Shown here piece after piece: positions 10,431 through 20,819 of a stretch of 64,000 nt of DNA. The DNA comes from an uncultured Methanomicrobiales archaeon (lineage in GTDB: Archaea; Halobacteriota; Methanomicrobia; Methanomicrobiales; Methanospirillaceae). Each line of letters opens with the position of its first letter. The first letter of the stretch is position 1. A model generated the notes under the pieces. It saw nothing but the letters and a program-made list of their open reading frames with translations. It ran no database searches and was not told the origin of the DNA. Position numbers and translations under genes: made by a program. The stretch lies in contig OY969100.1 in the NCBI GenBank assembly GCA_963697895.1, positions 1,824,001 to 1,888,000 on the forward strand, written 5' to 3'.

Positions 10431-13400
10431 ATGACCTACGTACGGACAGTTATACTCGTAATTCTGGTCTTCGGATGTGTAATATATTCTGCGTCGGCAC
10501 TTACTCCGGACGATATACGGATATTCAATAGTAGTAAGAGATGGGTAGTCGCAAATGGATCAGATAGTGCAAATATCACGTTGGTAATGTTCAATTTGAG
10601 CACAGGGCAACCAGTCAACAACTCGTATGTCACTTTTTCCGTGAATGATTCGCTTCTTGGTACGGTATCGTCCCCGTCTCCGATAATCAATGGAACTTCC
10701 AGGACAACGTTCCACACAAAGATAAAAAGCGGAACTGCACTCATAACAGCCAACATTTCATATTACACAAATGATTCAGACCCAAACTCGTTAAAATCAA
10801 TGAATCTGTCCCTCACCCAACTTATCGATCATGATATACCGGCAAAAATTCCATCGGGGGGAATAATTCTCCCACCGGATGGCGAAGAAAGGGTTGGAAA
10901 CTACACTCCCATTGGGATACTCATTCAGGATAATCATGCGAACCCTGTAGATAATCGACGTGAAGTGGATGAAGGACGAGAAGCGGAAAAAGTCCTGTTC
11001 TCAGTGACAGGATCCCCTGGCGCGCCAAATTCTACTGCTTACTTCATGCCCGGGGCGGTAAAAAATCTCACGGCAGAGGTTAATGGGACCGGATGGGCCA
11101 TGACAACATTTCGTCTTGACATTCGCCCCGGGCCGAACATCATCAAAATTGATCCATTGACGTTTGTTCCAGACCTTAAAAGGACAATCTTCGGGGTTGC
11201 AGATGGCATGCCATGGTTCATCACCAGTAGGATTTCCACTAGTGAGGGTTTTGAGAGAAATTATACCCTTGCCGACGGGATACAGAAATTTTATATTCTC
11301 TATAAAGTTGAAGACGAATACCACAATGGTGTCCAATTGAAGGATATCCTAATCAATACTGATATCGGTGAAAACTCCATAGTAACCACCAATGCAACAG
11401 GATATATTGGGATCGATTATGGTCCGAAATCCGATATGGGAGATGTTTATATTACGGCTAGAACCGCCCAAAACTCTTCAGTATGGATTTCTGATTTGGT
11501 CCGGTTCGTCAATCTCACTGCAAATGATATGATTTTTACCGCAAGTCCTCAATCAATGGCCAGTTATGACGCAAAAAAAAGTAATGCCACGCTACAAGCA
11601 CTGGTCATCGATTCGGAGGGAAATCCAATTCCAACCGGTGAACGAGTGAAATTTACATTGTCGAATATCCAGGGTGATATTCCTAATATGACAGCTCAGC
11701 CGAGTCTGAGGAATGAAACCGACAGTGGGAAAAGTGTTGTATGGGCTACTACCAACGATCTGGGCATTGCAACTGTTTACTTGAAGCCATGTTCATTTAT
11801 GGATAACGAAAGTGCCCAAACGTTCAAGGTCCAGGCAACCGCAACCTGTACGGTGGCCGCAGAATGGGTTAATCCAAATGGCACGATAATTGTTCGCTAT
11901 ATACCTTTCACCTTCAAGAATTATCCCTATCTTTCTGTAATGACCTCAGTTGATCAATCAAAAGTGAATGTATCAGGGACTGTAAATGTGACATTGACCC
12001 TGAAAGGTGATGGGTTTTTACTTGATCCAAAACCCGTCGATGTAATGCTGGTGATTGACAAGTCAGGAAGCATGGAAAGTTATCAGATTTACGATGAAGT
12101 TACAAAGAAATACATCAGCCGCATGCAAGCTGCAAAGAATTCTGCAAATAATTTCACCTATCTAATGAACAGTACAACGGACCGAATTGGTCTTGTGGCC
12201 TTTGATTTTGAAAGTACATCTGCTCCCAACCAATCGCTGACAAATAATTTCCCCGGAGTTAGGTCAAAAATCAATGCTCTAGATCCAAATGGTGGTGCCA
12301 CCGCTATGCGTTCTGGTATCAAGAGGGCTTTGGATCATATGATTGCGAATCCCAATTCAGATCCCCGGGCAATTCGGGCAATTATTGTAATGACGGATGG
12401 CAATTGGAATAATGGCGGGAGCCCACTCGCTGTGGGAAAAGGGTACTCTTTCAATAGTGAAAGCTACGAAGAACGTGATTTGGGAGTCCACGACAGTTAT
12501 TGGAATAAAGGGTTTACTGGATGGGCAAAATATTTCGAGGAAATTGATTATCGCTGGTATGATGGGTTAGGTGGTAACATTACTGGGAGATTCAATAATG
12601 TCCCCGTGGTGTATGAACCTGCGGAATACGATGCTGCGAGCGGCGCATTTGTTGGTCCAATCGATATTCGTAACCAGAGTGATGTTTATTATTGTACTGA
12701 TGGGCAGTTCACAAATCAAAATATGTCCATATATGCAGACAATAATGGCATTAAAATTTATGCAATTTCTTTTGCGATGAATATTCCCCAAGAGGAACGA
12801 GATGCTCTTACCACTTTAGCAAATTCTACGGGAGGATTTTACCGGCACGCACCTACATCCCAGGAATTGACCGAAATTTATGCAATCATTGCAGGAGATC
12901 TCAGAAAACATGCAGGAGTTAATACCACATCCAATGTCAGTTTCCAGAATGTGGTGGTCAAGAACGTCACTGTTCCGGGGGCGGATACCTTTGATTATCA
13001 ATTTATTAACGGAATTTCAACATTCATTGAACGCTGGAAGACGGGATTCAGCCCAACCTATCAGACAACCCGAAATGATACCCAGAATTGGACAACCCAC
13101 CATTCATTCAACTTTAACGACATTGGCACGATGGATATTAACGACAATTGGCAGGTGACATTCAGTCTTCGCGTGCTCAGGGAAGGGGATATTCACGTAT
13201 TCGATCCCGACTCCGTTATCACTTTCGATGATGGAACAAAATCGTTACACATCCCTGATACTGTCATAAATGCAATAGCTAACCTCAGAAATGAAAGTTT
13301 TGACTCAGGAGAATTTTATGAAGAGGGAATAAACGTCACCCAAATTTCTTCGACCAGGTATGAATGGACATGGAATAGAACATATACAGGAGAAAAGCCC

Positions 13401-13673
13401 GTTCAGGAATACTATTTCATCTCTCTTGACGGGGGTTACCAGTGGACACTTGTCGGAGATACCCTTCTTAATGCAGAGGAAGCCAGGAATGAGGTAGTAG
13501 GTCATTTCATTTATGATATTCAGAATTTACTCCCTCATGGAGCTGATTTATCCGAAGTAACCGTTGATTTCAAACTAAAGGCATATGCAATTGATTCAGC
13601 ATCCCCGCGAGCACCGAGGGGACCACAGATTGTGAGATTGCCCACCAATGTTACCTATATTACCCTTGAATAA
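10431..13673 (+). CDS. Secreted surface protein with Ig-like (invasin/Big-1-like) repeats and a VWA domain; putative adhesin
   Basis: Signal peptide; ANGSDSANIT and LADGIQKFYI..V.D.Y.NGV repeat starts; MIDAS motif DVMLVIDKSGSM...GATAM...IIVMTDG; many N-x-S/T sequons. Confidence 0.8.
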   Translation: MTYVRTVILVILVFGCVIYSASALTPDDIRIFNSSKRWVVANGSDSANITLVMFNLSTGQPVNNSYVTFSVNDSLLGTVSSPSPIINGTSRTTFHTKIKSGTALITANISYYTNDSDPNSLKSMNLSLTQLIDHDIPAKIPSGGIILPPDGEERVGNYTPIGILIQDNHANPVDNRREVDEGREAEKVLFSVTGSPGAPNSTAYFMPGAVKNLTAEVNGTGWAMTTFRLDIRPGPNIIKIDPLTFVPDLKRTIFGVADGMPWFITSRISTSEGFERNYTLADGIQKFYILYKVEDEYHNGVQLKDILINTDIGENSIVTTNATGYIGIDYGPKSDMGDVYITARTAQNSSVWISDLVRFVNLTANDMIFTASPQSMASYDAKKSNATLQALVIDSEGNPIPTGERVKFTLSNIQGDIPNMTAQPSLRNETDSGKSVVWATTNDLGIATVYLKPCSFMDNESAQTFKVQATATCTVAAEWVNPNGTIIVRYIPFTFKNYPYLSVMTSVDQSKVNVSGTVNVTLTLKGDGFLLDPKPVDVMLVIDKSGSMESYQIYDEVTKKYISRMQAAKNSANNFTYLMNSTTDRIGLVAFDFESTSAPNQSLTNNFPGVRSKINALDPNGGATAMRSGIKRALDHMIANPNSDPRAIRAIIVMTDGNWNNGGSPLAVGKGYSFNSESYEERDLGVHDSYWNKGFTGWAKYFEEIDYRWYDGLGGNITGRFNNVPVVYEPAEYDAASGAFVGPIDIRNQSDVYYCTDGQFTNQNMSIYADNNGIKIYAISFAMNIPQEERDALTTLANSTGGFYRHAPTSQELTEIYAIIAGDLRKHAGVNTTSNVSFQNVVVKNVTVPGADTFDYQFINGISTFIERWKTGFSPTYQTTRNDTQNWTTHHSFNFNDIGTMDINDNWQVTFSLRVLREGDIHVFDPDSVITFDDGTKSLHIPDTVINAIANLRNESFDSGEFYEEGINVTQISSTRYEWTWNRTYTGEKPVQEYYFISLDGGYQWTLVGDTLLNAEEARNEVVGHFIYDIQNLLPHGADLSEVTVDFKLKAYAIDSASPRAPRGPQIVRLPTNVTYITLE

Positions 13674-13769
13674 ACAAAATCTCAATTTTATAAGATTTAA
13701 AGTCAGATTTTTCCGTAAATTATAAGGAATTTAAAAAATGTTCTTTGTCGAGTTATATAAAAAAACCGC

Positions 13770-14354
13770 TCACCAGAATATTTCTTCTCCCGTTGTTGCA
13801 TTAAATGTATATTCGAATATCTTTCCCGGATGATTTCCTCTAAGATAATACACACCATTTCGTAATTCCAGTTCATCAATAGAAGATATCCCATTATTCG
13901 TCAGATCCAAAATCAGCGGTTTATGGTTAATGAATAAATCTTCAGGATGAAGAATTGTTTTCAGATCTATTGCAGTATCCTTACTACTCTCTTCCCATAT
14001 CATGGTGTAAAACCGCCCCTGAGTGCAGATAAAATAAAATGGATCTGTCGAATTTACCGACAATACCCAAATTTGGGCGCGCCCGTTACTATCCAGGTCT
14101 CTCCCGATAATGTTATGGATGGTATAGCCAGGTGCGTCTCCCATCCCCAATCCTATATCATCATCATTGAGTATGTCAATAGCCGAATCTAACGTTAATC
14201 TTTCAGCGCTTAATTTATCTATTGAAACAGGGGTGCCTGAATCATCGGGGATAGATGAGTTCTTGGAATTGCATCCTGTGGAAAAAATAAAAATGAGCAA
14301 TAATGATACAATAGCCAACTTGAAGAAGTTTTTAGGGAGAGATCCTGTCATCAT
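13770..14354 (-). CDS. Putative lipoprotein
   Basis: Hydrophobic N-terminus ending FSTGC (lipobox-like); C-terminal YTFNATTGE resembles a PepSY-type motif. Confidence 0.6.
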   Translation of the reverse strand: MMTGSLPKNFFKLAIVSLLLIFIFSTGCNSKNSSIPDDSGTPVSIDKLSAERLTLDSAIDILNDDDIGLGMGDAPGYTIHNIIGRDLDSNGRAQIWVLSVNSTDPFYFICTQGRFYTMIWEESSKDTAIDLKTILHPEDLFINHKPLILDLTNNGISSIDELELRNGVYYLRGNHPGKIFEYTFNATTGEEIFW

Positions 14355-14466
14355 TACTGGAATTAGAATATATGATTGATAAACATAACGGAAAAATGAG
14401 ATGAACGAGAATTAAATCAAGAATCAAATGGATGCTCTTTCTTGATAGCATAATTCATATTTTAAA

Positions 14467-14913
14467 ATGAAACCCGTGACCCCTGCCATCGCTCGCGAGC
14501 TCGCGAAGGAAGAGTTCACCCTCGCAGAAAAAGTATGGGAAGAGTACCGGCAGCAGAAAGCGGATCCTGTTGCGGACCGGATCTTCGGGGTGTTTGTCGG
14601 GGGAAAATGTGTCGGGGTGGCCCGGTGCAAGCGGCATGCAGACGGGCTCGAGGTCGACGGCGTCTTCGTCCTCGAAGAGTACCGGGGGAGACACCTCGCG
14701 GACCTGGTCGTCGGGGAGCTCGTGAAGGGGTGCGGGAACGATGTTCTCTTCATGCACTCGACGCTCGCACTCGTCAATTTTTATAAAAAATTCGGGTGGC
14801 GGCCGATCCCTGAGACCGAGCTCCCGCCCACAATCAAGGAGCGGCTGATCTTCTGCCTCGGGGAGATGGAGGGGTGCAACGCGGTCCCGATGCGGCGCGA
14901 GCCGACGCGGTGA
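14467..14913 (+). CDS. GNAT family N-acetyltransferase
   Basis: VDGVFVLEEYRGRHLA...LVNFYKKFGW. Confidence 0.85.
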   Translation: MKPVTPAIARELAKEEFTLAEKVWEEYRQQKADPVADRIFGVFVGGKCVGVARCKRHADGLEVDGVFVLEEYRGRHLADLVVGELVKGCGNDVLFMHSTLALVNFYKKFGWRPIPETELPPTIKERLIFCLGEMEGCNAVPMRREPTR

Positions 14914-15120
14914 AGCAGGGGGAAAGTCAGACACCACTGCGGGAGATATACCCGTGTGATGTGCAGCGGCGAATGACTCATGCATGAATTGGTAAAGGAG
15001 GTCTACCTTTTCCCTGGGCTCCGTACCGGGCCTTCCTCGAGGAAGGCCGTATCGCCACGAAACAGATTGCCTGTTAGGATAAGGAAAATGTGTATAATCT
15101 CATGATGCCAATTTACTCGT

Positions 15121-15345
15121 ATGAAATATACGGTTGTCCTCGAACCACAGGAAGAGGGTGGGTATACCGCCCAGTGTGTGGAGTTACCCGGGGCCATCAG
15201 CCAGGGCGAGACGAAAGAAGAGGCACTCAATAACATCAAAGAGGCAATCGAACTTATTTTAGAAGTCCAGCGCGAAGAGCTCCATAAGAAGACTCATACA
15301 TTCCGATCGGAAATAATCAAAGTTGACGTGGCGGATGTCTCGTAA
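15121..15345 (+). CDS. hicB: HicB-family antitoxin
   Basis: YTVVLEPQEEGGYTAQCVELPGAISQGETKEEALNNIKEAI. Confidence 0.9.
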   Translation: MKYTVVLEPQEEGGYTAQCVELPGAISQGETKEEALNNIKEAIELILEVQREELHKKTHTFRSEIIKVDVADVS

Positions 15346-15556
15346 ACTTCCGGTAGTCTCCGGGGAGAAACTGGTTAAGCTTCTTACGAGAGAGGGCTTT
15401 GAAATCCGGCGGCAGAGTTCAAGCCATATCGTCCTGCAGAAAGGGTGGCGTGTATTTTCAGTGCCCCTTCACAAGGAGTTAAAGAAAGGCACTCTTATCG
15501 CAATCCTGAAGCAGGCAGATATTACGGTCGAAGAATTTAAACAATGGTTCGCCTGA
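15335..15556 (+). CDS. hicA: HicA-family mRNA interferase toxin
   Basis: LPVVSGEKLVKLLTREGF..RQSSSHIVL...VPLHKELKKGTLIAILKQA; overlaps hicB. Confidence 0.9.
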   Translation: MSRKLPVVSGEKLVKLLTREGFEIRRQSSSHIVLQKGWRVFSVPLHKELKKGTLIAILKQADITVEEFKQWFA

Positions 15557-15689
15557 TTCTGTGGAGCGATCAAGCAGATGAAAGGTTCAGATCAATCATA
15601 ACAAAAAAATCTTATATCCCCGGATCATTTTTCAGCCCGGGGAGATAAAATCCCAAAACATATCTCCCCAAATATTGCCTGTTTTCTGG

Positions 15690-16370
15690 GAAAATCCCCT
15701 GTTTTACGTTGAATACCCCCCCCTCAATAGCCGGTAGAACGATGCCTCTCCGACGTTTTATGCGACCCCTGACACTCTGGCTCTGTATTCCCCGCTATTA
15801 AGCATCTCTTTTCTTGAGTATCCTGCTGTTATTTCTTATTCAAGGGCGAATGAGGAGGATTTCAGATGACGGTGTTCACGGACCTGCTTTTTAGCGGCAG
15901 GGTTCTAAGGTCCAGGATGAAATTTACCTGAAAGAAGGTTTTTGGGGGCTCCATTCTTCTCATTTCAGGTTAGGATCGGAATAATAGAGGACGAGATTCC
16001 AAAGTAATTATTGAAGAGATCATTTTCCCTTCATCGTCGATTAACATTCAGGGGTAAATTAGGCCTCGAAATGGAGATTAATCCTCAGAATATCCAGCGT
16101 TTTACGGTGCGTACAATGTTAAATGTCCGGTCGAACAGTCCGTGCCACGACGTAATATGCGACCCAAAATTTCGCGCTTTGTATTCTCTGCTATTAAGCA
16201 CCTTTTTCATGCCTTTTTATGACATCATTCCTGGTTCAGGGGCCTATATAAGGAGATATTGTTGTCGGTATTCACCGGGAGACCGGTGAGCCAGAGATAC
16301 AACCCGAAATCCGGGAAAATACGCCCGAAATGAGGTTTTCCGGATGCCATTCTCCCGATCCCGGGTTATG
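15690..16370. repeat. Two degenerate ~280-bp non-coding direct repeats about 397 bp apart
   Basis: Co-linear blocks ttttacg, ccggt.gaac, cgacgt..tatgcgaccc (15751/16148), tgtattc.c.gctattaagca.ct, ggt.ttcac, aggtttt...ccattct. Confidence 0.65.
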
Positions 16371-16568
16371 TTTTTGATGAGTATTTCCGGAATAAAGTCC
16401 TCCGGAAAGTATCCTTACCGCAACAGGGAATGGTTATCCGTTAAAATTCTGCAAGTGAAGTGGGGAAGTCCGAATGACAGATAGGTGACCTGCATGACCT
16501 GCCTCGAACTATTATTCAATCCATCCATACCCGCATGTATAATATTCTCATGGCAGCAATTCAGGAAT

Positions 16569-16874
16569 ATGAGTCCAGCACCCTCTACATTCATCTCTCT
16601 GTTACGCCCCGGGCGCTCTGATTTTATCGCGACCATGACCCCGGAAGAGAGGGCGATAATGGATCGGCACCTCTTATATATCGATGAGCTCGCCGGAAAA
16701 GGAAAGGTCATTCTTGCCGGTGCAGCCACGGATGGGTCGGTTGGCCTCCTCGTCTTCCAGGCGGATTCGGCCGAGGAAGCACAGCAGATCCTTGATGACG
16801 ACCCGGTCGCGAATTCAGGGATCGGCCAGCTCGAGCTCCACCCGTTCTGGGTCGGGGTACACGCGAGCCGTTGA
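16569..16874 (+). CDS. YciI/YCII-related protein
   Basis: IMDRHLLYIDELAGKGKVILAG...GLLVFQADSAEEAQQILDDDP. Confidence 0.8.
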   Translation: MSPAPSTFISLLRPGRSDFIATMTPEERAIMDRHLLYIDELAGKGKVILAGAATDGSVGLLVFQADSAEEAQQILDDDPVANSGIGQLELHPFWVGVHASR

Positions 16875-17282
16875 TGCACTTGGAAATAATTTTAGAGACT
16901 GCGTAGGGATCTTTAAAAAAAAAATTCTGAAATGTATAGCTTCATTGACGGGATGTTCTTAAAAGAAAATATTTTAGATGCACCATTGTTCGACTGTTCT
17001 GAATAACGAAAACTTACTAAAAATATTTTAGGAATTCTCAATGACCGGATGAGATAGGATATTCACTCAATAATTATTTCCCGAAATAATACTCTTCGGT
17101 CGCTGAAGGTCTTCCCCCCGCAAATATTTCATAATAACCAAACCTTCCATAATCTGAAACAAAAGAGGAACTCCGGATACTGATATAACGATGATACCGG
17201 AACGATCCTGAAGCCTCGAAAACAACTCCCCCAAAAAATTTTCGATTACCTTCTCCCCGCGAGAAATCCTGATAGAACGGTA

Positions 17283-17810
17283 TCACGGCGCAACCAAATC
17301 CAGCGACAGCATCATCTCGGGGGAGACCGGGCCCTGCGACCGGAGGAGCCGCATCGTCTGGCGGAGCTTTGCCCGGAGGCGCTGGTTCTCGGACTCGAGC
17401 CGCCTGACCCGGCTGTAGAGGGGCTCCTTCCCACCCGCACCGCAGAGGCTCGCGATGTACCGCCGGAGGAGCCGGTCGGCCGGGTTCTGCTGGCGCGGGA
17501 TCCATTGGATATCGATCCTTAATTCCTTCTCGAGGATCAGGTGCTGGATCTCGGCACCCTTCCGGATGAATGAAGGGTTCCGGGTCTGGTTCCCGGTCGT
17601 CAGGTGCCAGACGACCGCCTGGCTGTCCGTCTTCACGCGGGCGGAGGCATGGTGCGGCAGGTTCTCCAGGGCGAGGATCACCGCGTTGAACTCCGCGTCG
17701 TTGTTCGACGCCCCCTTCTCGTACATGAAGTAGACCTCGTCGTCCGGGAAGAGGGCGACGCTGTGCCCGTCCCCGCTCCCGTCGACCGTGATGTCGATCC
17801 GGTCCGGCAT
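17283..17810 (-). CDS. RNase HI-like protein with C-terminal coiled coil
   Basis: VDGS, SNNDAEFNAVILAL, TDSQ, WIPRQQNPAD carry the catalytic D/E/D/D; tail RVRRLESENQRLRAKL. Confidence 0.75.
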   Translation of the reverse strand: MPDRIDITVDGSGDGHSVALFPDDEVYFMYEKGASNNDAEFNAVILALENLPHHASARVKTDSQAVVWHLTTGNQTRNPSFIRKGAEIQHLILEKELRIDIQWIPRQQNPADRLLRRYIASLCGAGGKEPLYSRVRRLESENQRLRAKLRQTMRLLRSQGPVSPEMMLSLDLVAP

Positions 17811-18063
17811 CGCCGGTCCGGGGTGCCTCTCCGGGGAGAAAAGGGCCGAAACCGGGAGCGTTCCATCGCCGTAGGCAAAGAAGAGAGCGCGAGGGGGGAG
17901 GGAGAGGGTATGGATAAAATCGCAATCACGGGACTCGGTTTCGCGATGCAACCGGGTTACTCTCCTCGATCGTTAGAAGGAGATGTACGTACAAATATTT
18001 AATTATTGTGTTTGGATCGCCAAAGTCCGCCCGGCGATGGCCGGTTTTTATGATCCGGAAGCC

Positions 18064-18936
18064 CTACCGGACGATCTTCGCGATCGGGATCTCGAGGATG
18101 TCCTCTGCCCCTGCATCCTTCAGCCGCGGGATGAGCTTGTTCACCATATCCTTGTGCACCACCGTCTCGATGCTGTAATAGTCGATCCCGTGGAGACGGC
18201 TCACCGTCGGTTTCTTGAGGGCCGGGAGTGCCGCGACCACCTGCTCCATCGACCCGGCCGGCACGTTCATCGAGAGGAGCACCTGGTTCCGGGCATCGAG
18301 GACCCCGTACAGGAGGGTGACGATCTCCTCGATCTCCTTTTTCTTCACCGGGTCCTCGAAGCTCGCCTTGTGTGCGATCGCCACCGTGTAGGACTCCATG
18401 ATCTCCCCGATGATCTTCAGGCCGTTCCGCCGGAGCGTCGTTCCCGTCTCGGTCAGGTCCACGACGACATCCATCAGGTCGGGCACCTTCGCCTCCGACG
18501 CCCCGTAGCTCGGGAAGAGCCGGATCGGGATGCCGAGCTTCCCGAAGTACTGTTTCGTCATCACCGGGTACTCGGTGGTGACCCGGCTCTCCGGCCGGAT
18601 CTGCCGGACGTCGTCGATCGGTTCCGAGGCGTGCACGGCAACGACGATCCGGACGTTCCCCTGCCCCGTCTTGCTGTAGGAGAGGTTCGCGACCTCCTTG
18701 ACCGATGCACCGGTCTCCCGCACCCAGTCGAGGCCGGTGATCCCGAGGTCGAAGTACCCCATCTCCACGTAGGTCGGGATCTCCTGCGGACGGAGGATCT
18801 TCATCTTCCCGATCCGGTCGTCGTCGATACGGGGACTGTAATCCCGGTCGGTCCGTTTCACCTCGAGGTCGGCCTCCCTGAAGAGCTGGAGGGTCTGGGC
18901 CTCAAGGCTTCCCTTGGGCAGTGCGATGCTGATCAT
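18064..18936 (-). CDS. hisG: ATP phosphoribosyltransferase (long form)
   Basis: IALPKGSL, RPQEIPTYV, DLGITGLD, VVDLTETGTTLRRNGL. Confidence 0.95.
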   Translation of the reverse strand: MISIALPKGSLEAQTLQLFREADLEVKRTDRDYSPRIDDDRIGKMKILRPQEIPTYVEMGYFDLGITGLDWVRETGASVKEVANLSYSKTGQGNVRIVVAVHASEPIDDVRQIRPESRVTTEYPVMTKQYFGKLGIPIRLFPSYGASEAKVPDLMDVVVDLTETGTTLRRNGLKIIGEIMESYTVAIAHKASFEDPVKKKEIEEIVTLLYGVLDARNQVLLSMNVPAGSMEQVVAALPALKKPTVSRLHGIDYYSIETVVHKDMVNKLIPRLKDAGAEDILEIPIAKIVR

Positions 18937-18977
18937 ACCAGAGAAGAAGGATTTCGGGAATGATAAATAGGTGACGG

Positions 18978-20237
18978 TCAGTCGAGCGTGTGCACCACGA
19001 GCCCGGAGAGCAGTTTCGGCTCGAACCAGGTCGATTTCGGGGGCATGACCCCGCCCGCGTCCGCGACGGCGAGCACCACGTCCACCCGGACCGGCTGCAT
19101 CGAGAACGCGACCGAGAATTTCCCCCGGTCGACGAGCTCCTCCAGGTCGGCGAGCGGGCGGGCACCGCCGAGATACTGGAGCCGCCGGTCGCCCCGGGGG
19201 TCGGTGATCCCGAGGATCCCGGTCAGGACCTGTTCCTGGAGGACCGAGACGTCCAGGCATTCGATCGGAGAGCGGGCGGGATCGACCGGGGCGGAACATT
19301 CGTACCACTCGCCGGAGAGGTACATGTGAATGACATGGTACCGGGATGCCGGGCTGATCCGCGGCGGGATATGGTACGCCCCCGTATCCACCGGACCACA
19401 GGGGCTCACCCGGAAGACGGTCGCCATCCGTTCCCGGAACGCACCGGGGGTGTACGGGCCGAGGTCGGTGACGAGCCGGCTGTACCCGTGGATCCTGACC
19501 TCGTCATGGGAGAAGAGCACCCCCATGAAATGGCCCGACTCCTCCGTGTAGCGCCCTTCGGCCTGCCGCCTTTCCGCGACATTGACCGCGGATTTTGCCC
19601 GGTGATGCCCGTCCGCGATGTATACCCGGGGAATATCCGAAAAAAGCCGCGTTAACCGGTCGAGGTCTCCGGGTTCGCGGATGACGAAGATCTCATGCGT
19701 CGCCCCCGATGCATCGCATACCCGGGTCGCGGGCGCCCTGCCCGTGAGGCAGGCATCGACCGAGGCACGTACCCCGCCGGTCTCCCGGTAGAAGAGCACG
19801 ACCGGCCCCGTCTGCGCATTCACCGTATCGATGTGGGCGGTCCGGTCGACCTCCTTATCGTACCGCGTCTGCTCATGCCGCCGTATCCGGTTCTCCCGGT
19901 AATCGTCGACGGAGAGGCAGCAGCAGAGGCCGGTGTAGACCGCCGTCCCCCAGGTGACCCGGTAGATGTACATCGAAGGCGAAGCGTCCCGTTTCATCAT
20001 GCCGCTCGCGATCATCTCATCGAAGGTCTCGCGTGCCTTCCGGTATACCGCGGGGTCGTGGGGAGGGAGATCCGGGAGCTCCGCATCGGCGCGGCTCACC
20101 CGGAGAAAGTTCATCCGGTTCTCCCTGATGCACTCGCGTGCCTCGTCCATGCTCACGACATCGTACGGTACAGCGGCGATATCCTGTGCCCGGCCGGGAT
20201 CGGGCCGCACACCGGCAAACGGGAAGATCTCTACCAT
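18978..20237 (-). CDS. DUF1015 family protein
   Basis: PYDVV, IRRHEQT, YIADGHHR, MPPKSTWFEPKL. Confidence 0.9.
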   Translation of the reverse strand: MVEIFPFAGVRPDPGRAQDIAAVPYDVVSMDEARECIRENRMNFLRVSRADAELPDLPPHDPAVYRKARETFDEMIASGMMKRDASPSMYIYRVTWGTAVYTGLCCCLSVDDYRENRIRRHEQTRYDKEVDRTAHIDTVNAQTGPVVLFYRETGGVRASVDACLTGRAPATRVCDASGATHEIFVIREPGDLDRLTRLFSDIPRVYIADGHHRAKSAVNVAERRQAEGRYTEESGHFMGVLFSHDEVRIHGYSRLVTDLGPYTPGAFRERMATVFRVSPCGPVDTGAYHIPPRISPASRYHVIHMYLSGEWYECSAPVDPARSPIECLDVSVLQEQVLTGILGITDPRGDRRLQYLGGARPLADLEELVDRGKFSVAFSMQPVRVDVVLAVADAGGVMPPKSTWFEPKLLSGLVVHTLD

Positions 20238-20290
20238 GGGACCGGGCCACACTCTTAATATTCATTTTCTTGCCGGACTATATTATAGCA

Positions 20291-20785
20291 ATGACCAGTG
20301 AGCCGGAACGGCAGTTTACAACCGGAAACGGGATCAGGATCCGGAGGGCAGGTCCCGGGGACATCCCCGGGATGACCGCCATCGAACAGGAATCATTTCC
20401 GGATCCCTGGGATGCGGCGATCCTCGCGGAGACGATCACCTATTTCAAAAACACCGTCTTTGTCGCGACGAAAGGAACCGCCGTCATCGGGTTCATTGCC
20501 GGGGGGCTCGAGGACACGGGGGAGGAGATCTACGGGCACATCTGTAACCTCGCGGTCACCCGGGAGTTCCGGAGATCCGGGATCGGGCGGATGCTCGTCG
20601 CACGGGAGGAGCACCAGTTCGCATCCGAACTCGCGTCCGCCGTCCAGCTCGAGGTTCGCCGGTCCAACCGGGTTGCACAGGAGTTCTACCGGCGGCTCGG
20701 GTACCGCGAGGTCTTCCAGATCGCCGGGTACTATCTCAACAACGGGGAGGACGCGATCGTCATGATGAAGTGGTTCCGGTTCTGA
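20291..20785 (+). CDS. rimI: RimI/Ard1-type N-acetyltransferase
   Basis: IEQESFPDPW, GHICNLAV..FRRSGIG, LEVRRSN..AQEFY..LGY, YY.NGEDAIVM. Confidence 0.9.
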   Translation: MTSEPERQFTTGNGIRIRRAGPGDIPGMTAIEQESFPDPWDAAILAETITYFKNTVFVATKGTAVIGFIAGGLEDTGEEIYGHICNLAVTREFRRSGIGRMLVAREEHQFASELASAVQLEVRRSNRVAQEFYRRLGYREVFQIAGYYLNNGEDAIVMMKWFRF

Positions 20786-20819
20786 AAAAGATCTGATTCT
20801 CTTCATTACCTGAAACAAG

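Noticed and set aside
17855-17875. Fluoride-riboswitch-like GGCGATGG on the minus strand upstream of the RNase H gene
   Set aside because: The pairing CGCC and the downstream conserved elements are absent.
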